Positions 54,180 through 64,000 of a DNA stretch of 64,000 bases are shown piece after piece. Positions within the stretch are counted from its first letter, which is position 1, and every line of letters begins with the position of its first letter. This DNA comes from Cyanophora paradoxa CCMP329 (lineage: Eukaryota > Plantae > Glaucophyta): NCBI GenBank assembly GCA_004431415.1, contig QPMI01000424.1:1-64000 (forward strand). Reading direction: 5' to 3'. A program made the position numbers and the translations under genes. The notes under the pieces were generated by a model that was not told the DNA's origin, did not search any database, and saw only the letters and a program-made list of their open reading frames with translations.

Positions 54180-55643
54180 TTACGTGAGAATATTATTGTT
54201 TTGGAGAGGTCCGACAGCAATCCAATGGAGTTTAAGGGTTCTTTCGTTTTGGGGCACATTCGTATAATTGATGTCCGAGTAACAAGTAAATATAGCAATC
54301 CAAGTGAATTTATTTTTGAAACCAACACGGTTCCCACTCACAAATTCAGCGGAGATATATATGCTGTTTGTAAAATTGACACTTGTTAAGATAATATCAT
54401 TTTCGAGAGTAGCATTAACTATTGGATCACTATTATATGGGGTAGAAAATGTAACGGTTCCCGATACTGTGGTAAAATCCCCTTTGTAATAGACTCCGGC
54501 AGGAATGACTACATTCGCTGTCCCTTGTTGCACATATGCATTTGCATTTACATAACTACCGAAATTCGTGAGCAACTCTATGCTGTGATTGTGAGTAGGT
54601 GGTGAAGTAGGTGTGTTAATCAGATCGTTATAATTTCCGCTCGTAGCCACAGCATGTAGGGTCGGTGTATTAACGAGATCATTGTAGTCTCCACTTGTAG
54701 CCACAGCATGCAAGGTCGGTGCATTGGGTGTGTTAGTTAAATCATTGTAGTCACCACTTGTGGCAACAGCATGCAAATTCGGCTTAGTAAATAACCTATC
54801 CCATGTCCCATTGAAAGGAAGTGTAGATTCTGATATAATTACACCTTGATCGATCCAACGAGGTATATAACTTGTGAAATCGGGAGTTCCCTCTAAATCA
54901 TAGTAATTTCCTGTGTATGCTACACTACTCCAAGTCGGCTTCTCAGTAATATCAGTCCATCTACCACTAAATCCCGCCGGCACATCTGTAAGCTCTTTAT
55001 AGCTCACCTTTTGCTTCGGTATAGAGAGCTCGATGGGTGAGAATGCACCCGAAAGGCGATTTTCAGAGGTGAAATACATGAGACTTTGACTGTTAGGGAA
55101 CTCATCCACGAGATTAAAGGTGAAATTCGTGGGCAATTCGAGTCGACTAATTGGGGTGTTGTCGCCTAATATAAATTCGGCGCCTGTATGCACGACCGGA
55201 TTTCTTTGGATATACATATTTGATGCACCTATTACAGGTGCTACTATGGGCACATCCGAATTAACGAGATTGCAAGTGATAGAAAAAATGGTTTTGGGGG
55301 CATACAGATTGCAATCAAAAGTAATCGTGGCGGGATCAATAGTAGGATCGACATTTGAACAGATCTGAAACATCCACCCACCCACACAGTTGCAATTTAA
55401 ATTGCGAAAGGCTGTGCCTGCCATTGCATCCACATAGCCAATCCCATTTGCAATGTCATAGATGTGACCAAACTCGTAACCGAAAATGTCATTCCATAGG
55501 TTAGAAGCCATAGCTCCCATCACATAGCCTTTTAGATTAACAATTAGGTCATTGGATTCACTGGGTATATTGGCATGGGTTATATAAAATTGATTATCCA
55601 ATACAGCATTCTTTACTGTCGTTTCTACTATGGGTTCCGTCAT
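54180..55643 (-). CDS. Fibre protein (PLV-2 allele)
   Basis: First ~154 aa nearly identical to 38010-39548, then LHAVATSGDYNDL repeats and a different tip. Confidence 0.85.
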   Translation of the reverse strand: MTEPIVETTVKNAVLDNQFYITHANIPSESNDLIVNLKGYVMGAMASNLWNDIFGYEFGHIYDIANGIGYVDAMAGTAFRNLNCNCVGGWMFQICSNVDPTIDPATITFDCNLYAPKTIFSITCNLVNSDVPIVAPVIGASNMYIQRNPVVHTGAEFILGDNTPISRLELPTNFTFNLVDEFPNSQSLMYFTSENRLSGAFSPIELSIPKQKVSYKELTDVPAGFSGRWTDITEKPTWSSVAYTGNYYDLEGTPDFTSYIPRWIDQGVIISESTLPFNGTWDRLFTKPNLHAVATSGDYNDLTNTPNAPTLHAVATSGDYNDLVNTPTLHAVATSGNYNDLINTPTSPPTHNHSIELLTNFGSYVNANAYVQQGTANVVIPAGVYYKGDFTTVSGTVTFSTPYNSDPIVNATLENDIILTSVNFTNSIYISAEFVSGNRVGFKNKFTWIAIFTCYSDINYTNVPQNERTLKLHWIAVGPLQNNNILT

Positions 55644-55672
55644 TATTTCTCTATTATGGCATTCTACAAAAA

Positions 55673-58600
55673 TTAAGGTCGCATTGGGAGAAGCTCGTAT
55701 GTTCTGCCCTCTCGTTGTGCAATTTCCGCCATAAAGTCTGCATTTTCATTCATTATTGATTCAGCCATTCGTTCTGCTCGTGATTTTTTGGGTGCTGCCC
55801 TACTTGCTGGTGGTTGATCAGTTCTCACAACACTAAGACCATGCCCCTCGGCTGACCTCACCTCTAACCCCACATCTCCTTCGGCTGTTTGGGTCACATT
55901 AAGCTCTGGTGTTGAGTATTTATTACCTGCTCCTGCAATGGTTCTGTCTATGCAAGCACAACATAGAGCTCGGAATTTGTATGCAAGCACAAGTCCAAGA
56001 GCACCGAGAATCGGCAAGAGAATGAGAAGCACTAACGTTCCTGGATCCATTCCTGGCGATCCGACTGGATTTGTAGGATTTGAGGGATTATTAGGTGTCG
56101 TGTTCGGATCTGGATCAGTTGTAGGGGGATCTTTTGAATCGGGATCTGGGTTAGGCTGGTTCGGATTGGGATCGTTTGGTGGCGGCTCTGTCGACCCTGC
56201 TAATGATGTCGGCGCTGTGTATGCATTCGCAAATACGATAGGAGCCGTCGCTGGATTTCCTGTTGAAGACCCTGTAATTGCACCATAGGTATCTGACAGA
56301 TATTTATATAATTCCTTTGTCACAGGCGGATTGCTCACAGATCGACACACCCAAATATTGCATGTGGTATCATAGACTGTGTCCCTGATAAAGGGCGGTA
56401 GAGCTGTCCCACTAAATGACTCAAAGAGTCCATTTCTCGATAGCAACCTATGGGCTGCATCACAGTTCCCACCCTCAAAGTACTTTGAAGCTGAAATTGC
56501 ACCTTGAACATAAATATTGCATGTCGAGTGCATTCCAATGTTATTTAGGTTAGGAGTGTATCTGTCGTCGAGCCGGACAGAGCATACCCATGGGGAAGCG
56601 GTTTTAATATATTTCTTATCGCCCACTTCGATTACATCTGTATTTGGGTGGCTGTCAAGCTGAGTCCAAACAGCATCATATCTGAAAGTGTAATAAACTA
56701 AGAGACCATCTGTGGACGATGTGAAAGCAAAGAAGGTCATAAAGTCCGTGGATCCAAAGAAGTCAGCATTGGTCGATGTTAGGGTGACTCTGGGATAGCT
56801 CATGTTGACAGTCTCAGAAGGATATGGAATATATGAGGTGTAATTACGATTGAAAAGATAATAGTGAAATCCATCTGAGACATTCGAGTGAGTGGGCAAG
56901 GTGACTGTTAAGGTCTTACTGCGATTCTCAAACGTGTTCTGTATGACAATATTGCAAGTATTAATATATCGAGAATCGAAAAAGTAATTATTTGTAACTC
57001 GATTATCGATCAGAGTCGCATTGGTTCCATTAAATACGAAATTCTGCCCATTTATTCTCGTAGTATGAATGTCGGTAACATCGAGAGGATACCTTATTTT
57101 CAAGCGATCTTCGGGGTTGAATCGTGGAATAGTTCCTGTTGCCTTCCAACTGATAGTAAAGGGAGGAGAAAGGGACACAGGTGGGATTGGAGTAAGATTA
57201 AACTTCGCAAAATACAATCCAACAGGATATCCTGACAGAGCATAGGTCACTGTTGCATTTCCGACAAGTGTAAAGCCGGTTGTTGTTATATTTGTGGCGA
57301 CAAATGGAGAGTAACCAAGGGGCGCATTGTTGAGAGAGGTAGATGATCCATTATTGATCACATACAAATTCGTGTCTGTTATTTCAATAGTAGGAGGGGA
57401 AACAAAAGGTGTCTCAAATGTGAAATTAAAATTCGCTGGAACCCCTGCAAGGTATCTATATGTTGATGCTGATATCTCGGATGCCTGGAATACTTTGCTT
57501 CCCCTCTGCACTACATTACTTGTGTCTTTCACATTGTGGTAGGATATACTGGGAGTCGGGGAGAGCACCAACGAAATAGCATCTGGTAAATCAGACTTTG
57601 TAATATACAGCTCTTTAAGATACTCCTTTTTGAAAGGGGCGGTCAGATCTCCAATAGTAGCCAATGACCCTGCGACCACAATATTACAGGTGTTTGCATT
57701 CAAAGTATAAACTGTGTTCCACCTCAAAGAATTCGCCCCAAGATCGAAATTCTGTGAGAAGGGAACGATATTGCTACCTTGTAAATCTCGGTAAACCTTC
57801 ACTCTGGGTTTGCTATCGAATTCAGGGGTGATATAATTGATGTTAAGAGTGAAACTAATAGTAGCTTCGGAACTCAATGAGTTGTTTCGGATGATAAGTA
57901 AATTGTATGTCTCGTTAATGACAAACGAAACCTGAAACCCTGTGGAGGTGACATTTTGGATAAATGCTTTATTAGATTCATTATTGTTATAGATAGGATT
58001 ATAATAAGTAGTGTGATCCACCAATGAAACAGTGGGTATACTCTCCAAATCTGTGACACCCAACTGATCCCAAGTGAATGTATATGTAGGTTTGCCTACA
58101 TAAGCGACATAGACCCCATTTGCGAGCTGCTGAGGGTATCCCTCGACAGTGTAGGTCTCAGTTCGCGAAACTGAGCGGGAAAGGTTGCTATTAAAGTCGT
58201 TGTAGCTGATCAGAGCTCTCTCATCAGTGGGTATTTGATTGGGTCGGAGTGAGTGATTTAATGGAAGGATTAAATTGGAGGCAAACATGGAAACTCCATG
58301 CATCTCTGACCATCTCAGATTCGATAAACCAACTCGGTATGTGTTATCAGTCGCGGGGTAAATGTTCCTTTTCGATAGAATATGGGCTAAGGTAATTGCA
58401 AGCGCTCCATCTGCTGCAAAGAGAGCATTAATTTCGGATTGCAAAGCGGCTATTTCGGTTGTGTGGGTCGTGAGGGTTCCATCCTGACTGGAATCTTTGG
58501 TGTTCTTGCTCCTTTCAAACTCCAAAAACGCCTTTACAATGTCCTTGCCCAAAAGATCGTTTATATTGTCTCTGGTAATGTGAACATGATCTGTTCTCAG

Positions 58601-59392
58601 TGCCTGCTTCTCTGTGGTAAATGCCGGAATTTCCTCTGCAAATGATATAGTCGTTTTATCAAGTGCTAAGGATCTCACATTCGGAGCATTGGCGCCAATT
58701 ATATCCACAACGTTCCCATTTTCGACAATTTCTAAGGTCGGTTTCGCGGGGTCTAATGTGAAAACGCTCTCTGTGATTTCGGGAACCGAGTCGCTCTTCT
58801 GAATAATAAAAGAATCAAGGGTAAGATTGCATGTAGCGACATTAGTGGCGAAAAACGACTCGGAGTTAAGCGAGTTTACGTTTAGGGTATCCGTAGTGAT
58901 GTTACTTGCTGTAATATTGCTCGTCGTTAGATTACCTGCTGAGAGATCATGGACGACCTCTACCTTTGTTTTTCGTGTGGATACTCCGGCTATAAGCGTG
59001 CTATTATCCACGATTCTCATAGCTGCATTTTGGAAACCGCTCTCATCTTGAATGAAGAAGTTTAAGCGACCTCTATCGAAAGCTTTTGGGATGTTCCTAC
59101 GATTATATCGCACCGTTTTGGGTAACTGACGAGTCGCCTGGATGCTGGCAACTCTGTTTCGCTCGTTATCATCAAGTAAAAAGTCGATTCCAAGTTTATG
59201 ATCCCCCTTCTCGACGTTCATTAACTGCAAAGCTGCGGGTCTGCTCGGTGTTCCACTGACTGGATCTTCGCGGTCTGCATTGTAATTTATTCTGATAGAC
59301 CCACGAATTTCGGTGTTTACCTGGTCAGTGTCCTCTATCTGCGTGGTCGAATTAATTACTCGTGCATCGGGTCTCGGATTCAGGAACGACAT
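55673..59392 (-). CDS. Large membrane-anchored fibre-like protein, 1239 aa, intact
   Basis: ATG at 59392 (MSFLNP); coiled coil; P..DN.Y..G...RW fibre repeats; lectin-like modules; Pro/Asn/Asp linker; TM LVLLILLPILGALGLVLAY; CCAC. Confidence 0.85.
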   Translation of the reverse strand: MSFLNPRPDARVINSTTQIEDTDQVNTEIRGSIRINYNADREDPVSGTPSRPAALQLMNVEKGDHKLGIDFLLDDNERNRVASIQATRQLPKTVRYNRRNIPKAFDRGRLNFFIQDESGFQNAAMRIVDNSTLIAGVSTRKTKVEVVHDLSAGNLTTSNITASNITTDTLNVNSLNSESFFATNVATCNLTLDSFIIQKSDSVPEITESVFTLDPAKPTLEIVENGNVVDIIGANAPNVRSLALDKTTISFAEEIPAFTTEKQALRTDHVHITRDNINDLLGKDIVKAFLEFERSKNTKDSSQDGTLTTHTTEIAALQSEINALFAADGALAITLAHILSKRNIYPATDNTYRVGLSNLRWSEMHGVSMFASNLILPLNHSLRPNQIPTDERALISYNDFNSNLSRSVSRTETYTVEGYPQQLANGVYVAYVGKPTYTFTWDQLGVTDLESIPTVSLVDHTTYYNPIYNNNESNKAFIQNVTSTGFQVSFVINETYNLLIIRNNSLSSEATISFTLNINYITPEFDSKPRVKVYRDLQGSNIVPFSQNFDLGANSLRWNTVYTLNANTCNIVVAGSLATIGDLTAPFKKEYLKELYITKSDLPDAISLVLSPTPSISYHNVKDTSNVVQRGSKVFQASEISASTYRYLAGVPANFNFTFETPFVSPPTIEITDTNLYVINNGSSTSLNNAPLGYSPFVATNITTTGFTLVGNATVTYALSGYPVGLYFAKFNLTPIPPVSLSPPFTISWKATGTIPRFNPEDRLKIRYPLDVTDIHTTRINGQNFVFNGTNATLIDNRVTNNYFFDSRYINTCNIVIQNTFENRSKTLTVTLPTHSNVSDGFHYYLFNRNYTSYIPYPSETVNMSYPRVTLTSTNADFFGSTDFMTFFAFTSSTDGLLVYYTFRYDAVWTQLDSHPNTDVIEVGDKKYIKTASPWVCSVRLDDRYTPNLNNIGMHSTCNIYVQGAISASKYFEGGNCDAAHRLLSRNGLFESFSGTALPPFIRDTVYDTTCNIWVCRSVSNPPVTKELYKYLSDTYGAITGSSTGNPATAPIVFANAYTAPTSLAGSTEPPPNDPNPNQPNPDPDSKDPPTTDPDPNTTPNNPSNPTNPVGSPGMDPGTLVLLILLPILGALGLVLAYKFRALCCACIDRTIAGAGNKYSTPELNVTQTAEGDVGLEVRSAEGHGLSVVRTDQPPASRAAPKKSRAERMAESIMNENADFMAEIAQREGRTYELLPMRP

Positions 59393-59435
59393 CCTCTTTA
59401 TAAACAAAGAAGATATATAAGAAGTATATAAGATA

Positions 59436-60929
59436 ATGAAGACCGTTCTCGCTTTGAGTGGAGGGGGGTCGCGCGGAATAATCGAGGCTGCTATACTGGC
59501 ACAGATTGAAGCACAAACAGGTAAACGAATCCAACAGCTATTCGACTGCTTTGCGGGAACATCCACAGGTGGATTAATCGCGCTCCTATTGAATATCAAG
59601 GGAACCGATGGCGCCCCTAAATATACTGCTACTGATATTCTGGCGCTCTACAAAGCGAAGCTACCGCTGATTTTCGCAAATCCACGAGTGCTTACATCGA
59701 TTGTACAGCGCCCAAAGTACGAAGCAACTAACTTAGAAGCGGTGGCTCTCGAACTCTGCGGCTCAGCGACCATGGCGGATCTCTATAAACCCACCATCGT
59801 GACTGCGTTCGACACGGTCTTAATGTCCCCCGTTTTTATTTCAAGCAACGATGAAGATATTAATGGGATGCTTGTGCGCGATGCTGCAAGGGCTACCTCG
59901 GCTGCTCCGACCTATTTCGAGCCGAAACAAGTCACAGTCGCCGGGAGAACATATTGTTTAATCGATGGTTGCATGAGCGGAAATAATTCGCCCGGGATCT
60001 GTGGCTACACGTTCGCCCGCACTTTATTCGGAAACTCATGCGAGGAGGAGCTTATCGTGGTTTCGATTACGGCGGGTCACGTCCAAGACTCTGATAAGGC
60101 GACAGCTGGATATTCGTACGACACTATGAAAAATTGGGGGATCGTGCAATGGATGCTAAGCGCGACAGGATCGCCAATTCTCAGCATGTTCTTAGAGTCG
60201 AGCGATCTAAACGCCCACGTAAAGCTGCTGGAACTTTTACCCAGAAACGATGATCAGAATTACGATCGCTACTATAAGCTGAGCGTTCCTTTACCGAAAG
60301 ATAAAATGACCCTCGATACTATCACAACGAGTCACCTGCAATATTTGGAAACGGAAGCGCTCGCCTTTGTTTCCGCACAGCAAACGTATTTTAATGCGAT
60401 GTATTCAGTGCTGACCATGAATATCTCAGAGGGCGATGTTCCCATAATTAATCTGTCCGGGTGCACAGATGTAAGCGCACCCCCGGAGTCTAACTGGGTG
60501 CCGCTCGATAATAGCGCCTTTATTGCGGAATTCGGCACAGCCTCCAATGCCCGCTGGTCGAATGCCACGGGGTGGGTGGGATTTACAAACCCGCCGCAAG
60601 GTAGTAGGTCGGGAGGCAATTATTTACGCATCGATTTCCCGCGTCTGTTTATGCTTTCCTCTATAAAAATGAAGCCGGCTGCGAATGGAAACTATATTAA
60701 AACGTTTGAGATCGATTAACAGCTTACTCCCGGAGTTTCTGCGCTTGTTACATACACAGAAGCCGGCGCGACGAGAGTGTTTACCAATGCGAATCAAATA
60801 GCCGGAAGTGCGGATCCCGACGAACATTTCTTAGCGAACCCGAGATCTGTGAGAACCCTCGTAATCTGGGTGCTCACGACGAATATTGCTTCGGCATGCC
60901 GAATAGATTTCGAGGGCTACTATGTGTGA
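59436..60929 (+). pseudogene. Patatin-discoidin gene with premature stop (TAC>TAA at 60717-60719)
   Basis: Same 1494-nt length as the PLV-1 gene; frame continues to ...FEGYYV-TGA at 60929. Confidence 0.85.
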
Positions 60930-60964
60930 CTTCCTTCGGTCGTTGCGCGCTGACGAGACAGCGC

Positions 60965-61810
60965 TTAGTCGGTGATCACTTCGAGCTGGAACGAGAATGA
61001 GAGACCGTTTATATCCGCAACAGAGCCCCGCCATTTTCGAAGCGAAATTGTGAGGCGATCTAAATCGAGTTGCGATGTGACATTTACGAAAGGGATGCTT
61101 GCGCTCGGTTCGTGGTAAAAGGAATATCTACCAAAGTCCGAATTCATCTGAATTCGCAATAGATAGGAGTCGTCGACATTGTTTTGTCTACCTGTAACCG
61201 CTGCGAATTTGGTAAACGGGCGGAGCTCTTCGATATCAAGGTAAATATATGGAATCGCATTAAAGTCGACCATTTTCGGGCATATAATCGCGTAGCGACT
61301 GGGGTAATCTCTGAGTGGAACCGTCACTGGTTCTGTTGTGCTGGCGTAAACCACTCCGGGTTCTATGCCGAGACAATCACAGAGCTCCTGGTCTGAGGAC
61401 TCTAATGTAAACGGGCTGTTTGGAGACGAGAACACGAAGCGGTTAGTAGATAGAGCGAGAGAATAGGAAACCGGGAAGAGACCGAGTGGATTAAAAGAAC
61501 CGCCTGAAAAACCGAGTAAAGCATCCCTGTTTAAAGCTCTCTCTTTCGGATATCGTTCGTTATCAGCATCGACGTAATAATAGTCGTTTACGCTGGGAAT
61601 CGGTGCTATCATTTTGGATGCGGGAATTACTGTGGGCTCTTCGTTCAGAAGCGTTATAGTTATTGTCTGATCGGGCGGAACAACATAAGAGCTATTAGGA
61701 ATCTCAGCTGATAGCACACGAAATCGTCGTACATTATTAAGGCGCGTTTTCAAGTGCAGCACGCCGTTTTCAAGGTCTCTACTGTCGCAATTTATTGTTA
61801 TTCTTTTCAT
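60965..61810 (-). CDS. Penton-like protein B (PLV-2)
   Basis: Near-identical to 31876-32721. Confidence 0.8.
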   Translation of the reverse strand: MKRITINCDSRDLENGVLHLKTRLNNVRRFRVLSAEIPNSSYVVPPDQTITITLLNEEPTVIPASKMIAPIPSVNDYYYVDADNERYPKERALNRDALLGFSGGSFNPLGLFPVSYSLALSTNRFVFSSPNSPFTLESSDQELCDCLGIEPGVVYASTTEPVTVPLRDYPSRYAIICPKMVDFNAIPYIYLDIEELRPFTKFAAVTGRQNNVDDSYLLRIQMNSDFGRYSFYHEPSASIPFVNVTSQLDLDRLTISLRKWRGSVADINGLSFSFQLEVITD

Positions 61811-61826
61811 AATCTATTATAGTAAG

Positions 61827-62753
61827 ATGAAAGAATACCTGAGCTTTTCGAGCGATGATCGCGACGAGGAGTTCACACAGCCAAACAAGTATGTAGTGAC
61901 ATTACCCCGTCGCTATGACAACGTAAAATCGGTGCGCCTGGTGCAGGCAACGGTTCCAAATGTTCTATCGACCGTGACAAACGATATAGACGCCACTGGT
62001 GCAACCATTGAGCGCATGGAACTCTATTTCTCGGTCACAGCTTCGGATTCCGGATTCGTGACCATCACAATCCCCAAAGGATTTTACACCAAAGACGACC
62101 TTGCCGCAAAAGTCACAGAAAAGCTCGAAGCAGCTCGCCTTTCAGATTTCGGTGGAAAATATATTAAATGCCGCTATAATACTACTTCAAAGATCTATGA
62201 GTTTTTCAGTGATAGTAATTTCTGGTTCAAGTTCTCTCAGGCTTCCGAAGCCACACTCAGAAAATCCAGTAATCGCAAAGCAATCGCTAAGAAACTCGCA
62301 ATATTCGGTTTCAAAGATATTCAGCTATATGTTTACGAGACATTTACCCCTCTTGCAAGCGATACATTCCTTGTATTCAATCCTGGATCGGGGACTGTGA
62401 CACTTAATCGACGCATTCGCGGCTATACTCGTGGAGATGAGACCCCGGCTGCAATGATCTGGCTATATATTGACGAATTCGCGCCGTTTATTCGCTCAGT
62501 CAACAAGCACGTCGACGGTTATTTCATGCGCATTCCAATCCCACAGGAACTCGAACATGGTGATATCTACCACTTCGACACGTCCACTACTGTGCCTCTC
62601 GTTCGCGAATTCCGCGAATTAAAATCTTTCGACCGCCTCACGATTAAACTCATCGACCATGATGGCGCTCTCTTAGATTTCGGGGTTTGGGCGCATTATT
62701 TCACTTTTGAAATCGAAACCTACGACGCACCGCCCGAAATGAATTTCTACTAA
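61827..62753 (+). CDS. Penton-like protein A (PLV-2)
   Basis: Near-identical to 30933-31859. Confidence 0.85.
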   Translation: MKEYLSFSSDDRDEEFTQPNKYVVTLPRRYDNVKSVRLVQATVPNVLSTVTNDIDATGATIERMELYFSVTASDSGFVTITIPKGFYTKDDLAAKVTEKLEAARLSDFGGKYIKCRYNTTSKIYEFFSDSNFWFKFSQASEATLRKSSNRKAIAKKLAIFGFKDIQLYVYETFTPLASDTFLVFNPGSGTVTLNRRIRGYTRGDETPAAMIWLYIDEFAPFIRSVNKHVDGYFMRIPIPQELEHGDIYHFDTSTTVPLVREFRELKSFDRLTIKLIDHDGALLDFGVWAHYFTFEIETYDAPPEMNFY

Positions 62754-62800
62754 GCCCTTTAAATTATTTTCTGATCCCAAAGATAAGAGAAGAAACGCTC

Positions 62801-64000
62801 ATGGAGACTAACAGCCAATTCCAGCGCCCAACGCTGAAATCTATGCTCACCACCGATGACTACAAGGATTATTTCCTAAACAAGTCGCTGGTCATTGGAA
62901 CGTCCTCTGGCACTAAGCCACTTCGAGTTCTGGTCGCCCCCGACACTGAGCCACCCAGCGCTCTCGGCAACCGAGTTGTCTTCAAAATCCCCCGCTACCA
63001 TTTCCTGAATGGTCTCGCGCTGCAACTCGATCTTAACCCGATCACCCTCACTGATCTCACGAATGGTGTCGCTGGAACTACTGGCTACCTTCGCGTTATT
63101 GGATCGCTAATTGAGCGCATCGAAATCTCTCACGCTTCATTCCGCTACGTTGTCCAGAGGATTTCGTCACCCAGTATTTTCTACTGATGACCGAACAGGG
63201 CGAACTCGATAAGAAACTTCGCTATGTGGGTGGTCTTGTCGGAACCGCTGGTAACACTGTCGGTGGAACCTACGAAATCGATTTACCCTCTCCTTTCGAG
63301 AAGGCGATGTTCCCACTTTGCGCTCTGAACTCTGAGATCGTGGTCGAAATCGAATTCAAGGCGATTGGTGATGGTATCATTGAGGATGTAAACAATGTTG
63401 GCAATATTTCGGTCGTAAACAGTGGTGCTTCCCTTCAAGTGCTGAAACCCCGCATTATCTGCAAGGTCGTAAATGCCGATGAGGCGGTTGTATCTGAGAC
63501 CATTGCCCGTGTAAAATCGACTGGTATCGCGATCCCCTACAACGAAATCGGTTTCCTCCACACAGATTTCCAGCCGACCGCCTCCGGTTCGCGAGTCAAT
63601 CTCTCGCAACTCACAGGTGCGGGTCTCATCCACACTCTCGTATTCTCTGTGCGCCAAAACGCGAAGACGAAGGTGAACAACGGAACTCTCTCGGTTCTGG
63701 CTCCTCGTGCACTCCGAACCAACGCTGTAAGCTTCTATGTGGAACTCAACAATAACCGCCTCTACTCGAATACTTCGCTTCCTCTCATGATTGCCGCGAC
63801 CGAACTTCAAGATAAATATAATTCGGCGATTTTCACCGAGAGCACAAGCTACCCGGCTCTCTCTGGCATTTACTTCGGTGCTGGAAACGGAAAGGCGTCG
63901 CTTCTCAACCAAGAGAACACGGGCTACATCGATGCCACAGGCACATCGGCGTTCGATCTGGTCTTCGAATTCAATGGTGTCACAGCCGGTGGAGTCGGTA
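62801..64000 (+). pseudogene. Major capsid protein (PLV-2), frameshift at ~63154, cut by the window end
   Basis: GTTGTCCAGAGG here vs GTTGTCCCAGAGG in PLV-1; downstream sequence remains near-identical to the PLV-1 MCP. Confidence 0.85.

Larger units (their letters stand above)
51828..64000. mobile_element. Second integrated Polinton-like virus PLV-2 (partial, inverted relative to PLV-1)
   Basis: Starts GCTCGCTTG like the PLV-1 TIR; collinear homologues of PLV-1 fibre, lipase, penton and MCP genes in reverse order; continues past the window. Confidence 0.93.

Noticed and set aside
51828-64000. PLV-2 as an assembly duplicate of PLV-1
   Set aside because: Many synonymous differences, a different fibre cassette, a different TIR and a different flank.

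Overview
Eukaryotic (probably protist) genomic DNA: GC-rich, short-intron host/TE sequence carrying two related, AT-richer integrated Polinton-like viruses (PLVs). PLV-1 is complete (17286-42944, 25,659 bp). It has 935-bp terminal inverted repeats (TIRs) and a 6-bp target-site duplication (TSD), CTTCTG. It encodes a TIR-borne zinc-finger protein, an N6-adenine DNA methyltransferase, a prokaryotic-type AdoMet decarboxylase (SpeD), a DUF5710 protein, an rve integrase with D,D(35)N, a 1439-aa vOTU-like/PolB-like/SF1-helicase/HNH fusion, an AT-hook protein, a packaging ATPase, a double-jelly-roll major capsid protein (MCP), two penton-like proteins, a patatin-discoidin lipase, a membrane-anchored fibre and a phage-like tail-fibre/C1q/chaperone cassette. 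PLV-1 lies inside a young, apparently non-coding LTR element (9764-45634, identical 283-bp LTRs, TSD GAGCT) whose interior is saturated with short palindromes. PLV-2 starts at 51828 in the opposite orientation, interrupts an exon of an intron-containing gene and runs off the window. Its structural core is nearly identical to PLV-1, but its fibre tips are swapped, its TIR has diverged and it carries different lesions. All protein calls are motif recognition by eye; no searches were run.
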